A DNA stretch of 58,734 nucleotides, filler included, from Squatina squatina (taxonomy: Eukaryota), in NCBI GenBank assembly GCA_031763465.1. It is 4 parts of 4 records of this genome, joined end to end, with 100 filler letters (N's around TTAATTAATTAA, not from the genome) between each part and the next. Parts side by side here need not be neighbours in the genome. Positions count along the whole stretch, not along the records: positions 42,769 to 58,734 come from JARFOE010000120.1; 3 more parts are not named here. One strand, given 5' to 3'. Below the pieces are notes generated by a model. It was not told the DNA's origin, searched no databases, and saw only the letters and a list, made by a program, of their open reading frames with translations. The translations under genes were made by a program, and so were the position numbers. How positions within the stretch are numbered: the first letter of the stretch is position 1; the number at the start of each line of letters is the position of its first letter. Positions 49,036-58,734 of the stretch are shown here, piece by piece.

Positions 49036-51069
49036 AAGTTATGGTAAGAATGTGGGTCATGTTTATTTGCAACACCAAATTTCTGATTGATCCATTTGGA
49101 GGACAAGACCAGATCTCTGATTGGTCCCCTTGGAGGACAAAATACACCCAACAGTTTGTCTGGAATGTGTAATTTGTTCCTGCCTGCTGGAATAATCAAT
49201 GGTCTGATAATTCCAGTCAGAGACTTCCAGCGTGCAGAGGCAAGTAGCTGGTGGTCTGGGGGTTGCGAAAACCTCTGTTCCTGGGCCTCCATAGAAAAGT
49301 AGATGGAGCGGCCCAGGGGTCTCTCCAGTGCACTGGTGGGATCATGTGAGAGGCCCCAACCAATCAGATAGGGCTATCTCCCATTCATACGTCTGCAGAT
49401 TTCTGAAATTACGGCGATCAGTAGAAGCATGAATGGGAGATACTAAAACAGCACCAGCACTTCAAAATACATTTAAAAAACTTGTCAAACATTAANNNNN
49501 NNNNNNNNNNNNNNNNNNNNNNNNNNNNNNNNNNNNNNNNNNNNNNNNNNNNNNNNNNNNNNNNNNNNNNNNNNNNNNNNNNNNNNNNNNNNNNNGATCG
49601 CTACGCACGGTGATGACGGGAGTTGGTAGCGGCGCTGTGTCCGGACGAACAGTCATTTGCGCCCCGTTAGCGCCCCCGGGTGGCGCAAAAGCCCCGACGT
49701 CTTCCCCCCTATATTTATTTAAAATATTGTACTACATATTATCAGAGGAACGCTACCAGGCTGTGAGAATCATATCCACGACAGCAGCAAAATAGAGGAT
49801 GCATAGGGCAGCAATATACCACATCAAACTTATCTGAAGCACAATTTTCACCACGGAGAGGCATCCTTAAAATTAATTAACAGAAAAGATTTAATTTGGA
49901 CAATATCTCGGCAGCCATTAAAAGCCAGAATAAATCTGCTGAATTCCGAAGGACACGGGCCATTAGGATGCTACGGACTGCAAACACCATTCCAGCGAAT
50001 GGCAGTCGAAGCAAGGACGACAAGGAGCCATGAATTTAAATTTCCTCTATTTTCTGATTGCATCGTAAATGCATTTTAGCCTTGGGAAAGTGATAAAGAA
50101 CGCTAAGTGCAGCTACTTTGCTGAATGTGAAAGTAGCTCCATGAGATATCACAATGTATTACAATGATTTAAGGAGACATTAGGGAAAAAAATGTGATGG
50201 AAAACATTACCTTCTATCCCAGGTCACCATGGCAGAAAAATATAGCTTTAATAAAACTTCAAGGCTTTAAATGGATACAACTGCTGCTGGTAAAAGGCCA
50301 GGAGAAAAACCGGAGATTTCTTCTCTGACTGAGCCTTCCCATTAAATATTAAAAGCAAATCGTCCAGATGAAGTAATGCAATTTTAATGGAAAAAAAATT
50401 ATACCTCTTTCACAGTGGCCTTGATATTTTTTCCCGAAAAACAGTACTGCAATTTAAAATTTGTTTGNNNNNNNNNNNNNNNNNNNNNNNNNNNNNNNNN
50501 NNNNNNNNNNNNNNNNNNNNNNNNNNNNNNNNNNNNNNNNNNNNNNNNNNNNNNNNNNNNNNNNNNNAAAAAAACCTTTTAATTAATCGAATTAAAATTC
50601 ATAACCCATTAATCTGCTCACTCGTTATGGCCTCCCAGTTTCAGAAAACTAGGCTTTGTGTTATTTGAGCTAAAAATATATTTTGTCGCTCATGAATTTT
50701 ATATGCCCTACTTACTTTTCTGCCCTCTCGTTAGTCTCCCTGTCTAATGTATATTAATCCTGCCACGTAGAGAGGGCTCCTTGCTATCATGCTGTGCTGT
50801 ATGCTAAGAAGCACTTGATATTGTGTCAAGGATCTTATTCAGTCAAGAGCTGAATAAGCCTATGGTTGGGAGCGAGCTTCAAGGTTATAAGGAGAGGCAG
50901 AATGATAGAACAAGCATGGGCATTGACCGGCTGTAGACCGAGATGATCAAATACAATGATTTCTGGGTTATTGTGGCAGTGAGCGATGTGTTATCGATGG
51001 AATGTGGGGATAGATAAACGTGGAGAGTTTTTCTTAATTACCTCTGAGATAGGAGCATATTTAAGAGGG

Positions 51070-51743
51070 AGACCTTGCATTTATACCATACCTTTAATAT
51101 AGAAGACCGCCCCAAAATACTTCGTAGAAGTGTTATCAAAAACTAGATGCAAAGCCAAAGGAGGAACATTAGGAGGAACAACCTAAAATTTGCTCAAAAT
51201 GGTGGGTTTTAAGCAGGGTCTTAAAGGAGGAGAGGGAGGTGAACAGCCAAGGGATTTAGGGAGGGAGTTCCAGAGCTTAGGGCCTAGACAGCTGAAGGCA
51301 CGGCTGCCAAAGGTGGGGTGAAGAGAGAGGGAGGTGCACATGAGGCCAAGGTCAGAGGAATGGAAAGTTCAGGAGGCATTGTAGGACTGGAGAAGGTTAC
51401 ACAGCTATCGAAGGACAAGGCCATGAAGGGATTTAAACACAAGGATGACAATTATAAGTTAAGACATTGGGAGACTGAGAGCCAATGTAGGTCAGCGAGG
51501 ACAGGTGTGATGGGTAAACAAAACTTGGCGCGAGTTAGGATATGGGCAGCAGAGGTTTGGATGACCTTATGGAGGATGGAAGATGGGAGGCCACCCAGGA
51601 GTGTGTTGGAATAGTCAGTCTGGTTCAGCCTCAGTTGCCAGGGAGAGGGATGGAGTCGGGAGCTAGGGAACGGAGTTTGTGGTGGGGACCAAAGACAATG
51701 GCTTTGGCCTTCCCAATATTTAGTTGGAGGAAATTTCTGTTCA
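51070..51743 (-). mobile_element. L2-type LINE 3' portion
   Basis: RNFLQLNIGKAKAIVFGP, DYSNTLLGGLPSSILHK..AAHILT..ITPVLADLHWL and an L2 tail. Confidence 0.85.
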
Positions 51744-52293
51744 NNNNNNNNNNNNNNNNNNNNNNNNNNNNNNNNNNNNNNNNNNNNNNNNNNNNNNNNN
51801 NNNNNNNNNNNNNNNNNNNNNNNNNNNNNNNNNNNNNNNNNNNTACTACTGGTGAGGACAAGATCGGGCTCAGCTGTAATGTGCCCACAGCTGGATACCG
51901 TGCCACCCATAGTGAAGGCCGACACATGAATAATTGCCACCTGGGCAAGATTCTGGAGGCCAAGTGCTGCCTGTGGAGCCATCCTCCAGAAAGGACGTCA
52001 AAACCTTCAATAGTGGAGGAGAGTAAAAGGCAAAACTGGAGAGAGACATTTATATTCCAACGCTGTTAACGCAACGTCTCCTGCCATTTTGATTCATGGT
52101 GCTGGGGGTCTAGCAACACTTCATTTATTCACATGCACTGCAGGTGTATAACATAACGGGTTCAACATATCTACAAGGTAACAAATCAGCACACAGCTGT
52201 ATAAATTATAGGTGGTAAATATAGAGGTGGCGCTTGAAGTGCTTGCTTTTGCATTTTTACTAATTAATTCATTCCTAACCAAATTGATTAGTT

Positions 52294-52469
52294 TAACCCT
52301 TGGCGTGTCTCCCAGGAGTATAACCCTTGGTGTGTCTCCCAAGAATTTAACCCTTGGCATGTCTCCCAGGAGTATAACCCTTGGTGTGTCTCCCAAGAAT
52401 TAACCCTTGACATGTCCCCCAGAGTATAACCCTTGGTGTGTCTCCCAAGAATTTAACCCTTGACATGTT
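52294..52469 (+). repeat. 27-bp tandem repeat with alternating A/B units
   Basis: taacccttggcrtgtctcccaggagta alternates with taacccttggtgtgtctcccaagaatt; cut by a gap. Confidence 0.9.
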
Positions 52470-52574
52470 NNNNNNNNNNNNNNNNNNNNNNNNNNNNNNN
52501 NNNNNNNNNNNNNNNNNNNNNNNNNNNNNNNNNNNNNNNNNNNNNNNNNNNNNNNNNNNNNNNNNNNNNTCAAA

Positions 52575-52848
52575 ACTCGCACCATCTTTTAATATCTCTC
52601 AGTGTCATCAACATTCCCTCTATCACAGACCTTCCCTTTTGTTCTTTCCTGCCCCTTCCCCCTTTCCCCGCCCCTGCACTTGCTTAAAAACCTGTTGCAT
52701 TTCTAACTTTTTCCAGTTCTGACGAAGGTTCATTGACCCGAAACGTTAACTCTGTTCCTCTCTCCACAGACGCTGCCAGACCTGCTGAGTATTTCCAGCA
52801 TTCTCTGTTTTTATTTCGATTCCAGCATCCGCAGTATTTTGCTTTTGA
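52575..52848 (+). mobile_element. Penelope-like element 3' repeat
   Basis: Collinear with 44215-44447. Confidence 0.78.
52715..52751 (+). ncRNA. Minimal type I hammerhead ribozyme motif
   Basis: Stem I AGUU/AACU, CUGACGA (52719-25), A, stem II GGUUC-AUU-GACCC (one mismatch), GAAA (52740-43), CG-UU. Confidence 0.72.
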
Positions 52849-53624
52849 ACTAGTGTTCCTCTGCCTGTTATTTTGCAAAGGATTTAACCTGCTTACTGTC
52901 AGTGGGTTAAAGCCTGCATTAAAACAGTGGAATGCCATACAAATGCACTAAGCGTTCACCTACTGAGGCTGTGAACTATAATTGCTAGGCTCCCATGTTT
53001 AAACTCATTTGTGATCTTTCCCACTCTCTTTTATTATATGTAATTCTCACCTCTAACATTTTCTGAATGTTTATAGCTCTGCCCATCAGTGATAAGACAT
53101 CATGGAAAACACAATGCCAAGGGGCTTAACTAAACTTGACTTCCCAATTACACTGTATTTCAACCTTATTAATAACCCACGAATCCCAATGACACGGTAT
53201 TCTCAAGGACAATGGGAATCTATAAGTAACACAAACAACATGTGGCATCAATGTTGACACCTACACTTGGCGTGGTATTATTGGGAGATGTGAAAGACCA
53301 AAAGCTGAGTACAGTCTCACACAAGCTCCCCCGAGCACTCCATAGCACGTGTCTGCCACACCTCGAATGCTGGGGAAACACTTCAAAATAGCACCGTACC
53401 CTTTGAAAATGGTGGGTTAGAAAGCACTTCTTTTGACCAGAAGCTTAACTTTGGCCTGACTAGACTGAAATACAGGCAACCAGGGAAATTAGCAAGTGGT
53501 GACNNNNNNNNNNNNNNNNNNNNNNNNNNNNNNNNNNNNNNNNNNNNNNNNNNNNNNNNNNNNNNNNNNNNNNNNNNNNNNNNNNNNNNNNNNNNNNNNN
53601 NNNCCCACATCCGCTCTTCGCTAT

Positions 53625-53815
53625 GCAGCATATCTCCGTGGGAATATCCAAGAAAACCTATCTTGACAGGTTTTGCATTATCAGGAAGGCAGTGGTGGAG
53701 TTGTGCCATCTACTGGAATCTGATCTGATGACAATCTCCAGTATTGAGTCACCTGTAGCAGTCAAGACCACCACAGCCTCGAACATTTATGCCTCAGGAC
53801 GTCAGCAATATCAGT
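53625..53815 (+). pseudogene. Harbinger transposase N-terminal remnant
   Basis: YLDRFCIIRKAVVELCHLLESDL..PVAVKTTTASNIYASG parallels 9708-9870. Confidence 0.65.
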
Positions 53816-54462
53816 CACTCCACAGTGCACAAATGCACCAAACAGGATTTAGATTGCTATTTTGATGATGGTAAGGTGAGTAAATCAGAGCATGAATAAA
53901 TGTGAGCATTCAAGGGCTACTCCTGCTTTGTGAGGGAGTTCTATCACAGAGGGCCTTGCTGCAGATGACCCAGGATTTACCATGTGCCCCATGCTGGACT
54001 GCAGTTCAGCTCAATGGTCATGCACAGCTGTGGACCGTGAACTCCTCCCAAATGACTGCATAAAACATTGGCGCTCAGATGGAGGTTCTCTTTTAAGTTG
54101 CGGACCTTGAGGTCTGAATCCTGGGGCTCTGGCTGAGGGAAGGGCGGCTGCTGGTCCTCTGGCTAACCGCTTCCTGTTCCTCCATCGCCACTCTTACTTA
54201 CGCTTTGATTTACATCAAGTAAATCCTCGAAGTAACTACCTAAGTCCTCTGAGGTAGATGTACGGATGAAGTGAATAGCACTGAGTGCTAACTTCCATAT
54301 ATCTGGCAGTTTTGTCTGGTTCTTGTGGGTCACCTATAGAAACTGAAGATGCTGGCTGAAAAATACCTCTGCAAACAGTACCGCAGGAATAATTTTAGTC
54401 GGCTCCACCCACTGTGTGGAGACTTGCGAATGGCGAGTGTGGGTTGGAATAACTGGACTATA

Positions 54463-55098
54463 GGCCCCAGTTTTAACTCCCCACCCCAGTCTGGTGGAAA
54501 TTGGGCAGTTAAAATGAGGGCAGTCACTTGCTCCCTCTGACCCCGCTGTCTTCTCGTCTTGTCCCGCTGTTAACCTTTAGAGCAGGTGAGTGGGACACGC
54601 GCAGGACGGAAGTGGGGCCCTTCTTTGAATATGCAGATCGGGTCCCGATGTCGTACGGCATCGTGATGTCTCAATGAAGCAGTGACGGCTTCCCTGTCAG
54701 GCCAGACCCGCCAGAAGATGGATCGTGGGCCAGAAAAGGCCCAGAAAGGTAAGATAAAACGTTTTATTTCATGGTTTCATGGTGGGCCAAGAGGAGCAGA
54801 AAGAAAGAAACCTTGGACCTCCCTTGCCTTATGCCTGATCGCCTCCAGACCCCTTCCCCGCTCCCTCAGCTAACTGGAGGGACCATTCCCATGGGGTCCC
54901 GGCTGCGGCCTCCAGCTGCCGAATTCTTGCTCCCGCTCCCTGGCCAAGTAATGGATCTGGCTGGGTTTGGGGGCAGGACTCCCAGAAAACTTGCAAGAAG
55001 GAGACCAACCGGGCCTTCATGTCCCAACACTCCCTGGGGTTGCCGCCCTCTCCAGGCCACAAGCCACAACCCCCCCACTTCCCATTAAAATCGGGGTC
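54463..55098. mobile_element. Non-autonomous TIR element (Harbinger-type MITE)
   Basis: Ends ggccccagttttaa / ttaaaatcggggtc are imperfect inverted repeats; GC-rich interior; no clear TSD. Confidence 0.65.
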
Positions 55099-56555
55099 TC
55101 TGTGTGTACCCAGAGACCAAGCATCATGCACTAATTTCATAGTCTAAGGCGACTCAAGTATCCCCTTTTGTACAAACCCTATTAGAATGGTTGTTAGCAG
55201 GCTTACCCCCCATCCCTTCATTGTGGTCATGGTTTTCAATGTGTAAGCCACCTACAAACGTAACCGTCCAGGGTTTTCAATACGTCTCCCTCATTCTCTT
55301 TCCCCCTTCCACCTTACATCCTGAACTCATCAGCACCAAGAATCAAACAAACTGAAAGCTCCTAATGGCATATCAAGCAATTGAAAGCTCGACGCCTGAA
55401 CAGAAGGTTAATAATTTTGAATCTTATGCTCTCGCTCAAACGCACTTGCTTTAGATGAATGAGTATCATCTGTTTTGAACTCAGGCTGATAGAAGGGGCA
55501 TGGTGTGGAACCAAAATGTTCAATCTGAGACAAAGATAAAAATGGCATTCAGGATTTATCCAACACTGCCATGCATCAATGTGATTGATATTGATGCGTT
55601 GCAGTGTTAATGGATAATCTGTCAACTATCCGCTGATATTTCACAAGAATGCAAGAACGCAAGTATAAAACAAGAAAAGGCCAAAGTGGAATTGGCTTTG
55701 GAAATTTTTGGCTGCCAAGAATTCTTGCCTGTGAACCTGCACCAGTTGTAGAGATAGTAGAAATAGTATCCATATTTTGTGAAAATTACATAAGAATTTC
55801 ATGCCTGTCAACATTCTTGATACCTCTAATGCTACGAGCAGGTACCTACAGTTACATGTATCCCGTTATTTTTTCTTCCTCCTTTGTTCCCACTGCAGCN
55901 NNNNNNNNNNNNNNNNNNNNNNNNNNNNNNNNNNNNNNNNNNNNNNNNNNNNNNNNNNNNNNNNNNNNNNNNNNNNNNNNNNNNNNNNNNNNNNNNNNNC
56001 CCGCCACCCACCCCCACTGAGGACCAGCCACATGTTTTCATATCAGTATTGCATTACACCTCTCCTACAGCAAAGAATAATAAAGTGCATTAGGATGACA
56101 GAAGAGATAAATATACTAGCTCAGTGAAAGGCTATCACTTTCTCATTGCCGTACACAAGCCCTGAAGCCACGATTTCACCATATACATCAAAGAAATCTA
56201 TTTGTAGACTCGGCACAAAAGAAATGGCCTTTAGGTCCTCAGGTTTGTTATTGGCCGCTTTCCCAAAGTAAAAAAATATATAACTCCTATGAATCAAGAG
56301 ATGGAGAGACTGGGAAATATCTTCCTTTTTTTGATTTTGTCACGGGCTGGGGGAGGGGTTATTTTCTATTTCTTTAGGGGCCAAGCTAGTAAAAGTCAGA
56401 CAGCCAGGTGAAGGATAGAATATTGGAGGATAGAAGACTGGAGCTGAGTCTTCAGTCACTTACAAGCCTTTATTTACAGAGACGCGCATTACATACCAAG
56501 CGTGCAAACCCCAAGATACATTTCCCCCTCTTTCCAAGCCTGCTCCCATCTATAT

Positions 56556-56801
56556 AGGGAGCCCAGATATACCAGCTTTGCCAGGATAGTCCCTTTTTTT
56601 AGTAAACGTCCCGGTGTCCTGACACTTACCTGTAAATCGCTCAAATGCCCCGGTTTCCAGCAAGCGAGAATGGAAAACTGACTGCGCATAGGCAGTATCA
56701 GCAGAGCCCTGACTGGGCATGTGCAGCCCCGGCGGAGAACTGACTGCGCATATACAGTCCCGGCGGAGAACTGACTGTGCATGTTTAGTCCCGGCGGAGA
56801 A
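56556..56801 (+). mobile_element. hAT (Blackjack-like) element end with ~31-bp internal repeats
   Basis: Reverse-complement similarity to 25351-25606; cccggcggagaactgactgygcat repeated. Confidence 0.55.
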
Positions 56802-56901
56802 NNNNNNNNNNNNNNNNNNNNNNNNNNNNNNNNNNNNNNNNNNNNNNNNNNNNNNNNNNNNNNNNNNNNNNNNNNNNNNNNNNNNNNNNNNNNNNNNNNN
56901 N

Positions 56902-57055
56902 ACTCCCTCCCTACCGGCACTACTGGGAGCACCTTCACAACACGGACTGCAGCAATTCTGGAAGACGGCTCAACACCACCTTCTCAAGGGCAGTTAGGGA
57001 TGGGCAATAAATGCCGGCCTTGCCAGCGACGCCCACATCCCAGGAATGAATAAAA
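56902..57055 (+). mobile_element. Second CR1-group LINE family, 3' terminus
   Basis: caccaccttctcaagggcagttagggatgggcaataaatgc..aatgaataaa. Confidence 0.75.
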
Positions 57056-57657
57056 GAAAACTGAAGAGATGGGTCAATTCAAGAACGTTGTAGGTTAAAG
57101 GGACAAGTACAGTCAAATGCATTGTAAATAAATGCTCAGTTCAGGAGCATCTTTACAATGCAAGATAGTTGTCCTTTTTCAGATTCTTGCATCATTCAAT
57201 GTAAAATGGTTTGCACTCTACGTTGTATCTTTAAATCAATTAGCTTCTACCGCCTCCCTTCACCAGCAAGCACCTCGATGGAAAGAAATTTCAGTCTTGT
57301 ACAACTTTAATCTGCAACAAAGGGGATATCAGTTCTTTCGAATACCTCATGCTGTGGCTTTCAATATAATAACGTTATGGAGAGATGGAGGTCAATGCTT
57401 GGCTTCCTTTCTTTTGCACCTTTGATAAGGGGATGAGATGGAAAATTTATTTCACAATTCATGCACATCCATATTTCATGCTGGGCTCCTGAAACTCTTG
57501 CCACATCACAGTGGCACAGAAAACACGATTTACTGAGCACGAGTGAAGCACATCTCAACCTTCTAGTCAGTGCCACCAATTGACTTTAAATTAGCAAGTC
57601 AACACTGGACATGATTTTATTCTACTGCACGTAGGGTAGTTTGTGAAGAGAAAGGAA

Positions 57658-57920
57658 GAACTTGCAGTGTCACCAAAGCCCTTGGGATATCCCAAAATGC
57701 TTCATAACCAACAAATTACTTTTGAAGTCACAGTTTTGTAGGGAAATGCAGCAGCTAATCTGCAGGTAGCAAGGTCCCACAAACAGTAAATAACCATCAG
57801 TCGAGGGATTAATATGGGATGAACTCTGGGCTATTCTTCAAATAGTATTGTGGCGTCTTTTATATTGGCTTCATGTCTCATTCAAAGGTAACTCCTCCAA
57901 CAATGCAGTGACTCCTCAGT
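57658..57920 (-). mobile_element. Deu-SINE remnant
   Basis: Reverse similarity to 35166-35390 (tacttttgaagt..agcaaggtcccacaaacag). Confidence 0.6.
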
Positions 57921-58649
57921 TTGTTTGGGTATTGGCCTTTTCTGCCTATACCATAATATGGTTGAGTTCTTCATTAGGATGGAGAGTGACACAGTTAATT
58001 CAGAAACAAGGGTTCTGAACTTAAAGNNNNNNNNNNNNNNNNNNNNNNNNNNNNNNNNNNNNNNNNNNNNNNNNNNNNNNNNNNNNNNNNNNNNNNNNNN
58101 NNNNNNNNNNNNNNNNNNNNNNNNNNCTTACACCAATGCACAGATTGAGAACCATAAATGCAAATGTTGCCGATTTATTTGGCCGGAGAAAATGGACAGG
58201 GTATTCTGATATTTTCCCATCTCTCAGAACTTAAGGCAAACGTATTTTTAGAAAATGTGATGAAGTGCGCTGCCTGGTAGTGGATTTTGCAGAGTGTCCG
58301 AACATCTCTGGGGCCTGATCTGGAATCCAGCCCAAACTGACAAGATGAGAGATCTCCTAAATCTCCTGCCGTGCCAGCTGTAATGATGCAATCTGAAGTG
58401 ATTTTGGCCAATCTCAATCCAGTCCCCAGTGGGGCCTCCGACTGCACAGCGTGGCACTCTTGTCAAGTTTGGCATTAATTAGTACAGATTTAGCAATCTC
58501 CCTGTCGGAGGTCACGAGGCAAGGAGCGAGTGAGAAATGGAAGTGTCTCCAGGCTGCAGTAGGGGGCTGTGCTATTGAAGCTGGGGGTTCAAGTACATTG
58601 AAAGGGTAATGGCAGCGATGTGAAGCTCCGAATTCAACAGGATGAAAGA

Positions 58650-58734
58650 ACAAACTTGTATTTATACAGCGTCTTTCATGATCTCAGAACGTCCCAAAAT
58701 GCCTTACGGCCAATTAAGTCCTTTTTGAAGTGTG
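58650..58734 (-). mobile_element. Deu-SINE/L2-type 3' tail running off the window
   Basis: aacttgtatttatacagcgtctttcatgatctcagaacgtcccaaa. Confidence 0.6.

Noticed and set aside
50834-50858. 9-bp stem with a TCAAGAG loop resembling an shRNA vector
   Set aside because: The stem is too short, there is no vector context, and it is expected by chance.

Overview
Eukaryotic, intron-rich vertebrate DNA, most likely from a cartilaginous fish (inferred from the repeat families), from a fragmented assembly with many 100-N gaps. Three N44-TTAATTAATTAA-N44 spacers split the window into four apparently unrelated scaffolds. (1) 1-12234: two VWA3B exons plus CR1 and Harbinger elements. (2) 12335-25250: no gene I can name; a 15-bp minisatellite, an LF-SINE-like copy and orphan exon candidates. 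(3) 25351-42668: the last two exons of WDR44 followed by two TRMT2B exons. (4) 42769-58734: two WSCD2 exons. All recognised host exons are on the minus strand with GT-AG boundaries; most were missed or mis-framed by the ORF track. The rest is largely decayed transposons: CR1 and L2 LINEs, Deu-SINEs, PIF/Harbinger two-gene elements and MITEs, hAT-like ends and Penelope-like elements (PLEs). The most notable items are two minimal hammerhead-ribozyme cores in PLE 3' repeats, a fold-back PLE-derived insert with a 14-bp target-site duplication, and a Harbinger cassette whose partner ORF is still long and open. I found no prokaryotic operon or CRISPR array, and nothing I can defend as a wholly new system. 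Gene and repeat identities come from recalled sequence similarity, not from database searches.
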